From the NCBI GenBank assembly GCA_964230645.1, contig CAXRHT010000002.1:1280001-1344000 (forward strand): a DNA stretch of 64,000 nucleotides, read 5' to 3'. This stretch comes from Bdellovibrionales bacterium (lineage in GTDB: Bacteria > Bdellovibrionota > Bdellovibrionia > Bdellovibrionales > JAGQZY01). The translations under genes were made by a program, and so were the position numbers. Under the pieces are notes generated by a model. It saw only the letters and a program-made list of their open reading frames with translations. It was not told the origin of the DNA and ran no database searches. Shown one piece after another: positions 29,577 to 38,554 of this stretch (its first letter is position 1; each line of letters starts with the position of its first letter).

Positions 29577-32500
29577 GTGCACGTTAGTAGAGGATTTTTT
29601 TTATTTTTAGGGCTTTTATTATCAGCCTCATTTTCTTTCGCCGCCCCGGCGAAGTTTACCTATCAAGGTCAAATCATCAAACCCAATGGTCAACCTCTTG
29701 AAGACAGTAATGTGGCCTTCAGAATAGAAATTGTTTCTCCAGGGCCTGAAGCTTGTATTCTCTATGAAGAAACTCATACCTTGAATATGTCAGCTTCAAA
29801 CGGAATTTTTAGTGTCACAGTGGGTGAGGGCGCTCGCCCCGGTGACGGAAGTTTTGAAGACCTCACAACTCTTCGCGACGCTCTTGATAATTCCACAGGA
29901 CTTGTTTCTCCCACCGATTGCACAGGGGGGCCTAATTACACCCCTGCGATCGATGATGGCAGAAAATTGAGAGTCACTTTTAACGATGGATCCGGACCTG
30001 TGACTCTGACTCAAGATCACAACGTGGTCAGTGTACCTTTTGCTAGCAGTGCTCACAGTGTGAGTGGGCTCACGGCAACGGACTTATTAACTATTCGTGA
30101 TGATGCCAGTTTTCAATTAAACCAAGCCAATCTGGAAACTGTTTTTTCAAATGCCAACTGGGCGGAACTCCAAGCCCTTCTTGATGGTTCGAGCAGCAGT
30201 TTTGTGCAACCAGCCCCCACGGGGGATGTGGACAATAATAACCAAAAAATCGTCAACCTGGCAGACCCTGATCCAAATGAAGGAAAGGATGCTGTTAATG
30301 TCGATTACGCCAATAGCTACATCGGTGGACAGGCAGTGGACACAGCTGACCTCAGCACTTTGGCCGTTGGGAATGCTGACGAAGTTTTAACCTGGAACGG
30401 AACCCAGTGGACTTCAACCAGTATTCCCGAGGACACGACAAAACTCAACAAAGCCGGTGACACCATGAGTGGCACGCTTAATATGGGCAATAATGACATC
30501 ACCAATATTAACAATCTCTCTGTTAACTCCACCATCTCTGTGACTGGAGGAATTGGAGTGGGCACAGGGATTAATTCCGGTGGGACCATTAATTTACAAA
30601 ATGAAAACGCACTTCAGTTTTCTGAAAACTCTGGTAACGGCACTAACTTCGTTTCTTTAAAAGCTCCCAATGCACTCGCTAGCGATTTGAGCTGGACACT
30701 TCCGAGCACTCAAGGCACTCCAGGGCAGATGCTACAAGCCGGAACAGGCGGAACTCTATCCTGGGCAGATCCTAGTGCCATCGGCTATCTTCAAGATGGT
30801 GGTAATAGCACTGGAGCTTCCATTCGTGTGGGAACGAACGATTCACAGTCTCTTGAACTTGAAACTAACAACACTGCGCGAATGACTTTAGACAGCACAG
30901 GTGATGTGGGAATCGGTACGACAAATCCATGGGAACGACTGACCGTTGTAGGTGGAGGAATATCCGTTCAAGATACTATAAATGGAGGGACTGCGACGGC
31001 TTTGTCTCTCAATAACCCCCACGCAGGATTTGGTGGTCCAAGAGTTGGTATGGATTTTAGCTTGGGCACAGGAAGCGTGACCTATTCAAGAATTTCATCG
31101 GGAGCCGAAGCCTCTAACCGTGGGTCTCTTCGCTTTTTTACTCGAGGTACTACACCTTCTATTGGTATTTATGAAAGAATGACTATTAACGAGGATGGAA
31201 ATGTTGGAATCGGTACGTCCGATCCTTCAGAGCGTCTTGAGGTGAACGGTACTATACGTAGCCAGGACTTGGTAGTTCAGGGGACAACTGGTTCTGCCCA
31301 TAGTGTTTATATTTCTAATGCTTCCAACGGAATATACTTGGGAGTTGACGGCTATGAAAATGGGACGATAAATGTAGAAAGATCCAACTCCGACCTTCGA
31401 TTCCAAATTGCCGGTTCAGATCAAATGAGAATTCTTGATTCAGGAAATGTAGGTATTGGGACATCAAACCCCTCCACTAAATTAGAGGTAAACGGGACCC
31501 TCACGGCTTCGGCTTATGTCGGAAATGGGTCGGGACTCACAAACGTCACTTCAACAAGCTCTACCTCCTCTACTAATACTAGTAACTATATTATTAATTC
31601 GGACTCCGACAACACTGGTGCTGATGGAGGAGTGAGTTTTCAAACCAACGGCTCAACCGTCGCTTCCGTAAGTGCCTCAGGTCAGCTTAATGGAAACTCT
31701 GGTTCTGTGGGCTCTGTTGGCATCGGATTTCAAGGAGACTCTGATACCGGGCTCTACTCCCCTATTGTGGATACGGTTTCACTATCCGCTGGTGGCATTG
31801 AGGGGTTGAGAATCAACAATACTCCCAGTGGTGTGAACTATGTTGAACTTTATCCTGGGGCCACTGGAGCTGGACCAACTATCGCTTCGGCTGGAAGTGA
31901 TACTAATATTGATATCAATTTTACTCCCAAAGGGTCTGGACATAGTATTTTTACATCAGGACGGGTTGGCCTCGGCGTCTCTAACCCCTCTGAACGCCTT
32001 GATGTGCAAGGAAACATTAATTTATCAGGTCGTATTTTTGGTGGAGAAACGGATTCGTACCTCGATATCCACGGTGGCGGAGGGCGAATCATAGGTAACA
32101 ATAGAACAGTGATTAGTGGCTCAAAAGGCTCACAGCTTAACATTAGTGTAGGCGATGAACTAGAAGCGGGGTCGGGTCGCATTCGAATGAAACTCGACAC
32201 TGGCTTTCGTGATGACACGCCCGACGCCACTGTTGAAATTAGTGCGGATGGTTCGACGACCGGAAGTGCTTTTATGGTGAGTTCCGATGATAATAATGAT
32301 GGAGATCTTGTTAATATCTTAAAGAATGGCGATGTCGGCATTGGAACCTCGAGTCCTTCTTCAAAATTTGAGGTGGTTGGAACTGTTACCGCTTCTGCAT
32401 TTTCGGGAGACGGTTCTGGTCTAACAAACATTGTTTCAACCAGCTCTTCATCTTCAACCAATACCGGTAACTATGTGATCAATTCCGACTCTGACAACGC

Positions 32501-35006
32501 TGGTGCCGATGGTGGAGTGAGTTTTCAAACCAACGGCTCCACTGTGGCCTCAATCAGTCCAAGCGGTCAATTCAACGCAAACGCTGGCTCTGTTGGTTCC
32601 GTGGGTGTTGGCTTTCAGGGTGATAGCGATACCGGACTTTTTTCTCAATCTAGCAACACCCTTTCTTTGTCCGCTGGTGGAGTGGAGGGTCTGAGGATTA
32701 ATAACACCCCAAGTGGTGTAAACTATGTTGAGCTTTCTCCTGGAGCCACCGGCAATGGTCCCACTATCGGTGCGCAAGGCGCTGATACAAATATTGACCT
32801 GAACTTAACACCGAAAGGAGCTGGGAACAGTATTTTTACCTCTGGGAATGTTGGAATTGGGACGACAAATCCTAGCTCGGCTCTCCACGTTGATGGGAAA
32901 ATTACGACCACTAGCCTGATGCGTGGTCCTGGTATGGAGTCTCCTGGAAGCCCCAGCCAATCACGAGCTTATTTTTCCAACACTCACCAATTTCGAGTCA
33001 ATCTTGCTAATACAACTATGTTTTTCGCTCGCAGCGACTCTAGTCGACAGGTGGAAATCGCACCAGACTCCGCGGTGGATGATGTATATATCGGAGTGCC
33101 ATCGAACCCAGAGTTTCATCTTGATTTAAATAACCGTCGTGTGGGTATTAATAAATTAAACCCTGTTGCTGACCTTGATGTTTCTGGTGATGCTCTTGTT
33201 TCCGGTAGCTTAGGTATTGGAACAACGGCGCCCCAGGTAGCCCTTGATGTCAACACCGGTTCGATTAATGCCGCCGAGATTTGTGACGAAAGTAATTCGG
33301 CTTGTTTTGATTTATCCACAGGTTTGGGTGATTTTAAATCCGACGGCAGTGTCAGCATGACGGGACCAATTCTGGCTTCTCCTGGCACGACCGCGAGTCC
33401 TAGTATCTCTTTTGCTGGAGACACTGATACGGGCTTTAAAAATGAGTGGAGTAACAATTCTATAACGATGGTCTCTGGGGGAACTGGAAAGATTAATGTT
33501 TTTTCCAACTTCATGACTCAATTTGGTGGAAACACAGCAAATTGGGCACTGAAAACCACCCCAGGTTCTCACAATGCTGCGACCCCACCCTACACATTCT
33601 GGGGAGGTGGAAGTAATGAAGGAATGTACAGTCCTGCTGCTGACTCTTTAGGTTTTGTTACTGAAGGAGCGGAGGCCCTCAGAATTGATGGAAGCGGAAA
33701 TATCGGAATAGGAACAACCTCTCCTTCGGCTAAATTAGCTGTAGAAAGTAGTGGCTCTCTCGGTAATTGGGGAGGCTTCAATCTTTCAAATGCTACCTTT
33801 CGAACATACGATGGAGCCAATTCAATCTACATGGATGGCAACTCTTTAATTTCTAACAATCAACTTTTACTTGGCACGACTACTGCCCAAGAAATTCAAT
33901 TTGGAACCAACAATAGTGAGAAAATGAGAATTACATCGGCAGGTAATGTGGGAATCGGAACGGCCACTCCTACGAACCTTCTGCATCTTTCGAACTATGC
34001 TGGAGCCGCAGGAGAGGAGTTCACGCCCGGTATTTTTATTCAGGATCCAACAAATACAGTCAACTACGGGGGCAGTCTCTACTACGAGGACCGCTCCGGA
34101 GCCAATGGATTAAAAATATCCACCACTGATGCCGGTACTGAAACCGGATTTGTTTTTATCGACAGAAACTCAGGGAATGTTGGGATTGGCACTACTAATC
34201 CTCAAACAGAATTGGATGTCGTGGGTGATGGGCCCGTTCGAGGTAACTTTGAAGGCTATGGAACCAATCCGTCCCATTCAGGAATAATTTCATTGAAAAA
34301 GGGAAGAGGCACCTCTTCTGCCCCACTTGCTATACAAAACAATGACGATTTAGGAGGACTCCACTTTAACGGATATGATGGCACAGCCGCAACCACAGCC
34401 TCCGCCAAAATTATAGGTCGTGCTACTGAGGACTTCACCTCTTCAGCAAGGGGCGCCGAACTGGTTTTTGAAACCTCCAGTAACGGAAGTGTTCTCCCCA
34501 CTCAACAGATGGTCATTTCTTCAAATGGCGATGTCGGTATCGGTACAGCCACCCCCAGTTACAAGCTGCATGTTAACGGCTCAGTAGCAGGTGTGGGTGC
34601 ATACAATAACCTTTCCGATCGTCGTCTCAAACGTAATATTGCTAGTCTTGAAAATCCTATTGAAGATCTTCTAAAGGTACAGGGTGTGCGCTACGATTGG
34701 GCAAGATCCGAGTATCCCGAATATGATTTTCCTGAAGGAAAAGATATGGGTGTTATTGCTCAAGATGTAAAAGAGGTTTTTCCTGAAGCCGTGGTGGAAT
34801 CAAAGGATGGCATTTTATCAGTGGCTTACTCTAAACTGATTGCCCCCATTATCGAGTCGATTCGTACTCTTTTTGAGCGCTCTAAGGTTCACGAGCAAAA
34901 ACTTCTGGAAAAAGATCAAGAGATTCAGAGTCTCAAAGAAAAGAATTCCGAGCTCGAAAAGCGCCTTGAGCGAATCGAAAAACTACTTATCAATGAAGAC
35001 AAATAG
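29577..35006 (+). CDS. phage-tail-fibre-like trimeric adhesin (MAT-type) with C-terminal S74 intramolecular chaperone, 1809 aa
   Basis: Same N-terminal domain as the 9024-18767 gene, GNVGIGT repeats, C-terminal SDRRLKRNI...GVIAQDV...FPEAV...VAYSKLIAPIIESI and a coiled coil. Confidence 0.9.
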   Translation: MHVSRGFFLFLGLLLSASFSFAAPAKFTYQGQIIKPNGQPLEDSNVAFRIEIVSPGPEACILYEETHTLNMSASNGIFSVTVGEGARPGDGSFEDLTTLRDALDNSTGLVSPTDCTGGPNYTPAIDDGRKLRVTFNDGSGPVTLTQDHNVVSVPFASSAHSVSGLTATDLLTIRDDASFQLNQANLETVFSNANWAELQALLDGSSSSFVQPAPTGDVDNNNQKIVNLADPDPNEGKDAVNVDYANSYIGGQAVDTADLSTLAVGNADEVLTWNGTQWTSTSIPEDTTKLNKAGDTMSGTLNMGNNDITNINNLSVNSTISVTGGIGVGTGINSGGTINLQNENALQFSENSGNGTNFVSLKAPNALASDLSWTLPSTQGTPGQMLQAGTGGTLSWADPSAIGYLQDGGNSTGASIRVGTNDSQSLELETNNTARMTLDSTGDVGIGTTNPWERLTVVGGGISVQDTINGGTATALSLNNPHAGFGGPRVGMDFSLGTGSVTYSRISSGAEASNRGSLRFFTRGTTPSIGIYERMTINEDGNVGIGTSDPSERLEVNGTIRSQDLVVQGTTGSAHSVYISNASNGIYLGVDGYENGTINVERSNSDLRFQIAGSDQMRILDSGNVGIGTSNPSTKLEVNGTLTASAYVGNGSGLTNVTSTSSTSSTNTSNYIINSDSDNTGADGGVSFQTNGSTVASVSASGQLNGNSGSVGSVGIGFQGDSDTGLYSPIVDTVSLSAGGIEGLRINNTPSGVNYVELYPGATGAGPTIASAGSDTNIDINFTPKGSGHSIFTSGRVGLGVSNPSERLDVQGNINLSGRIFGGETDSYLDIHGGGGRIIGNNRTVISGSKGSQLNISVGDELEAGSGRIRMKLDTGFRDDTPDATVEISADGSTTGSAFMVSSDDNNDGDLVNILKNGDVGIGTSSPSSKFEVVGTVTASAFSGDGSGLTNIVSTSSSSSTNTGNYVINSDSDNAGADGGVSFQTNGSTVASISPSGQFNANAGSVGSVGVGFQGDSDTGLFSQSSNTLSLSAGGVEGLRINNTPSGVNYVELSPGATGNGPTIGAQGADTNIDLNLTPKGAGNSIFTSGNVGIGTTNPSSALHVDGKITTTSLMRGPGMESPGSPSQSRAYFSNTHQFRVNLANTTMFFARSDSSRQVEIAPDSAVDDVYIGVPSNPEFHLDLNNRRVGINKLNPVADLDVSGDALVSGSLGIGTTAPQVALDVNTGSINAAEICDESNSACFDLSTGLGDFKSDGSVSMTGPILASPGTTASPSISFAGDTDTGFKNEWSNNSITMVSGGTGKINVFSNFMTQFGGNTANWALKTTPGSHNAATPPYTFWGGGSNEGMYSPAADSLGFVTEGAEALRIDGSGNIGIGTTSPSAKLAVESSGSLGNWGGFNLSNATFRTYDGANSIYMDGNSLISNNQLLLGTTTAQEIQFGTNNSEKMRITSAGNVGIGTATPTNLLHLSNYAGAAGEEFTPGIFIQDPTNTVNYGGSLYYEDRSGANGLKISTTDAGTETGFVFIDRNSGNVGIGTTNPQTELDVVGDGPVRGNFEGYGTNPSHSGIISLKKGRGTSSAPLAIQNNDDLGGLHFNGYDGTAATTASAKIIGRATEDFTSSARGAELVFETSSNGSVLPTQQMVISSNGDVGIGTATPSYKLHVNGSVAGVGAYNNLSDRRLKRNIASLENPIEDLLKVQGVRYDWARSEYPEYDFPEGKDMGVIAQDVKEVFPEAVVESKDGILSVAYSKLIAPIIESIRTLFERSKVHEQKLLEKDQEIQSLKEKNSELEKRLERIEKLLINEDK
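29655..29686 (+). repeat. 32-bp perfect inverted repeat, arm 2 (partner at 18658-18689)
   Basis: TTTACCTATCAAGGTCAAATCATCAAACCCAA. Confidence 0.9.
31443..32846 (+). repeat. intragenic duplication (~170 codons, 885-nt offset)
   Basis: GSGLTN...NSDSDN.GADGGVSFQTNGSTVAS...GLRINNTPSGVNYVEL.PGATG...SIFTSG occurs at about 31443-31961 and 32328-32846. Confidence 0.9.
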
Positions 35007-35019
35007 TCCCAGGCTTTAC

Positions 35020-36459
35020 TTAAACTTGCGGACGAAACTCGGGCTCAAATTGGTCATCAGCGGTATAAAGACAAACTTTATTTTTTCCCGAGACTAAAAC
35101 TTGGCTACAAGCTTTCTTTGCATCCTCTAATAGTTGATCCGAATCACCAGAAAGACTGGGATACTCGCTTACTCCAAAACAGAGTCTCAGGGGAGCATTT
35201 TGTGATTTCAGACCTCGTGAGACAAGCTGCCTTCTGATTGTCTCAGCTTTTATTGCGGCGTCTTCGTAGTTGCAATGAGGAAGTGCTACAACAAGCTCTT
35301 CTTTATTAAGCTGACTGACGAGATCATAAGGTCTTAGGTGCCCTTTTATAATTTCAAAAGCTTTATCAAACTCTCGCTGGGAGTCCCCGATATATTCGAT
35401 ATGGGCCACCATAACGGCTAAGGGAGATTTTAGGCGACGGGCTCTTGAAACTTCCGTGGAAAGAACTAAAGGTACTTGGCTTTTTTTAAGGCCCACTTCG
35501 GGATCTTTATCCACCTCAATACCCTTATCCTGATTCTCGAGAGAAAAGTTTCTCATGGCCATGCTGAAATACTGGCTCGATTTTTTAAGAAAATCGTGGT
35601 CTTCAAAATTGACCGCCATAATCATAGCAAAAAACTGGCCGCCATGATCGATGGTTTGCAAAGCAAACTCTTCACAGGAAAAAGTCGACTCAATGGACTC
35701 ACGCACGCGGTTGAGTTCTTCACCCGGTTCTGAATCAAAGCGCTCTTCAGAAAAAGGCACAAACTGACCTCTAAAATAATTTTCTCCTGAAAAACTCGTG
35801 CGTGTGACAAGCAATTGGTTACGGGCCGGATAATTTTTAAAATAGATAAACTCAGACCTCGGGAAATGCTCTTTCAATTGCGAGACAAACTCTTCGACCA
35901 TTTCACTTTCGGTTGAATATCTAATTTTTTTAAGAGACAGAGGCTCTGAACTCCCCTCCCCTTTATCTTTCTGCGAATTGTTTTTCGATTGAGCCGAAAA
36001 CTCATCAATTTTGGCTAATATTTTTTGAGTTTCTGTTGATTTCTGCTCAGCAACAAAACGATAAATGTATTTTTCAATAATCTGATTCAAGCGAATTTCA
36101 ATTTCTTTTTCATCGGCAAGAGGCCAGCTCCAGAAGTCGTCAACAAAACCGGTATCCATCAGATTTTGCACACCCGGCCAGAAGTCTTTTGAGGCTAACA
36201 AAACCACTTGCACCTCGTCTGAGGCGGCACGCACCTCTTTTAAAAGCTCGCGAAACTTCATACTTAGGGGCTGATAAAAAAGAATAAAAATATGAGGCAG
36301 GTCTGTTTTAAGAGATTCTATAAAAAGACCTCGGCTAGTAAAAAGCTCAACAGAAAAGTCTTTCTTTTTCAAATGCTCGACCACAGACTCCGAGCGTTTG
36401 ATTTCCTCATCAAGAAAATGCACCTTGAATTCTTTTTTGTATAAATCAACTATGGACAT
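35020..36459 (-). CDS. receiver-like + degenerate GGDEF domain protein (CdgA-like c-di-GMP receptor candidate)
   Basis: EVSRARR...LRPYDLVSQLNKEEL...AETIR...FGVSEYP...GKNKV GGDEF fold. RxxD I-site intact; the active-site motif is replaced by NKEEL. Confidence 0.78.
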   Translation of the reverse strand: MSIVDLYKKEFKVHFLDEEIKRSESVVEHLKKKDFSVELFTSRGLFIESLKTDLPHIFILFYQPLSMKFRELLKEVRAASDEVQVVLLASKDFWPGVQNLMDTGFVDDFWSWPLADEKEIEIRLNQIIEKYIYRFVAEQKSTETQKILAKIDEFSAQSKNNSQKDKGEGSSEPLSLKKIRYSTESEMVEEFVSQLKEHFPRSEFIYFKNYPARNQLLVTRTSFSGENYFRGQFVPFSEERFDSEPGEELNRVRESIESTFSCEEFALQTIDHGGQFFAMIMAVNFEDHDFLKKSSQYFSMAMRNFSLENQDKGIEVDKDPEVGLKKSQVPLVLSTEVSRARRLKSPLAVMVAHIEYIGDSQREFDKAFEIIKGHLRPYDLVSQLNKEELVVALPHCNYEDAAIKAETIRRQLVSRGLKSQNAPLRLCFGVSEYPSLSGDSDQLLEDAKKACSQVLVSGKNKVCLYTADDQFEPEFRPQV

Positions 36460-38347
36460 CCGTATCCTTTTTTTTCGGGGCGCGAATTTTCAATTTAAAC
36501 TGGCCACTTTTTATTTCGTACAATCCTTTTTCATCTTGAGCGAGAGTTTCAGCATCGTCGGCTTCTTCTTCCTCCACATTGTGAAAGCTTAGTTTCGGCT
36601 CTTTGTTTTCAGAAGATTGTTGTTCTTTTTCATTTTCCTTAAAAGAGAGCTCTTTTAAACGGAACTCTTCGATCACCTTATCAAAAGACACCGCTGGCTC
36701 TTCAGCCTCTTTGTCTCCTGAGAGTTTGACAGGCTCTAGATTGTCGATTTCCAGCTCTCCGATCTCATCAGTATGGCTGTCAGTTCCACTCGTCTTGCTT
36801 GCTGATTTTTGATCGGTAAACTCAGCCTCAATTTCTTTTGGCGTCTCTTTACTTGCAGAGGCGTTGTAGTTTGAACCAAAAAGATTTTGGTCAGTATCAA
36901 TATCGTTAATTTCAATTCTATCAAGGCGCTCACTGAGGGGCTCGACGGGTTCGGCCTGGTTGCGCTTTTCCTCATTCGTTTTTGTGGCTTCCTCTTTCAT
37001 CAAGTCCACCGACAAACAAAAGCCTTTTTTGGCAAGTGTGAGTCTCTCTCCATAAAACCACTGAGCATAGGCTATGATTCCGTCAATACCTTCCATGGAC
37101 GCTTCCGTTTGACCAAATACAGGGATCGCCTCTTGACTGGGAAACTGTGAGGTTCTTGTATCAACATAAATCAATTGAAAAGAATTGTTCTGTTCTACGA
37201 GTTGTATTTGAATTTCTTTTTCCTCTTCTTTTTCAAGAACAAGAACAGAGTTTCCAATGAGTCGTTTTAACAAGTCACTGATATGCTTGGGGGAGCAGTA
37301 AACTTTCGCATCTTCTTCCATCTGAGTTTTAATTTTAATTCCCAACTTTCTTAACCGTAGAGCTTCCTCCTCAATGATCCCTTCAACAAATTCTCCAAAG
37401 TTTTGAATATGGACATTGTCATCCATAATGGGGTCTTCGAAGTCATCATCTTCTTCTCTTTGCTCTCTTCGAAAGCGAGCCAAACTGGGAAAACGCACTG
37501 TTTGTAACGAGTCTTTGAGATTGCCTTTTTTTACCATTTTAGAGGAAAGAGCAAGAATGAAGGCTAATAGGGATATGAGACTTGAAATTATAAAATAAGT
37601 GAAGAAACTACTCCCCACAAAGGAGTAAGCTGGGCCACTGGCTTTTTTCACGATCCAAAGCTGAGCCTCTTCTGCAAAATAGGCCGTTTCAAGATTAAAG
37701 TTCTCCTCAGTCTCGATGGATCTATGAATAAAATCACTCTGAGCCGTTTTAAGACTCTCTAGTATCATCATCTCCGAGAGGTCTTGTTGGGCCAATATCG
37801 TTTCCAGCTCTTCGGTCACTAAAGCTGTTTGATTTCTTGCCTGATTTACAAACTCAAAAAAGTTTTTATTCAAACCAAAAACGAGAAAGCCTGTTTTTAG
37901 TTGATGGGATTCGGCTAATCCAACGGGGGAGACAAAAACGATTTCACCTGATTTCAAGGTCGTCCAGTTTCTCTTTTTGGTAGAAAACTTTTCAAACGAG
38001 AGAGCTTCTACTTCGCCAAGAATTTCTTCTTTGCCCATGCTTCCGAGTTTCTTCCACTTGATGCTCCACTCATTTTTCTGATCTTTGAAGGCGTAAGCAA
38101 AGTAGCGCGCTCCAAAACGTCTGAGAGTTTCAATGGTTGATTTATCAAGGTAAGAAACCGCCGATTCCAATTGCTTTATTTTTTGAAGCACACTTTGAGA
38201 GATCCACTGGGAGGACTCCTCACTTTTTGAAATATTGGTAGCAAGACTTTGTTCTTTGTAGAGTTGAAAACTTTTATAACTGCCAATCCCCCCGCCTATA
38301 AATATACAGACTGCAAACAAGAGGATTAATTTTCGATTGATTGTCAT
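36446..38347 (-). CDS. membrane protein with periplasmic domain, degenerate HATPase-like domain and acidic tail
   Basis: Two TM segments, LLKRLIGNSV N-box-like helix without H-box or G-boxes, long E/D-rich tail. Overlaps the downstream gene by 14 nt. Confidence 0.6.
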   Translation of the reverse strand: MTINRKLILLFAVCIFIGGGIGSYKSFQLYKEQSLATNISKSEESSQWISQSVLQKIKQLESAVSYLDKSTIETLRRFGARYFAYAFKDQKNEWSIKWKKLGSMGKEEILGEVEALSFEKFSTKKRNWTTLKSGEIVFVSPVGLAESHQLKTGFLVFGLNKNFFEFVNQARNQTALVTEELETILAQQDLSEMMILESLKTAQSDFIHRSIETEENFNLETAYFAEEAQLWIVKKASGPAYSFVGSSFFTYFIISSLISLLAFILALSSKMVKKGNLKDSLQTVRFPSLARFRREQREEDDDFEDPIMDDNVHIQNFGEFVEGIIEEEALRLRKLGIKIKTQMEEDAKVYCSPKHISDLLKRLIGNSVLVLEKEEEKEIQIQLVEQNNSFQLIYVDTRTSQFPSQEAIPVFGQTEASMEGIDGIIAYAQWFYGERLTLAKKGFCLSVDLMKEEATKTNEEKRNQAEPVEPLSERLDRIEINDIDTDQNLFGSNYNASASKETPKEIEAEFTDQKSASKTSGTDSHTDEIGELEIDNLEPVKLSGDKEAEEPAVSFDKVIEEFRLKELSFKENEKEQQSSENKEPKLSFHNVEEEEADDAETLAQDEKGLYEIKSGQFKLKIRAPKKKDTDVHS

Positions 38348-38554
38348 AAGCTTTCCGTCCCTGGCTATAATTTGACAAAGCCCCCATAAGACAGGCTAGA
38401 CCTTTAGCCCATCACTATTATTCTAGTTATATCTGACACCAAGAATCAAGCCTCCGGTTAATGAATAGGCGCAAAAGACTGCCATTTCGCCGCTTTTCCC
38501 ATCTTACAAGCAAATAAAGCGGGGCCCTTGACTTCTTTTGAAAAGAGGCCTTTT

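Noticed and set aside
9024..35006. Prophage or tailocin suggested by the tail-fibre-like genes
   Set aside because: Both fibres have Sec signal peptides and sit among housekeeping genes; no capsid, baseplate, terminase or integrase genes are present.
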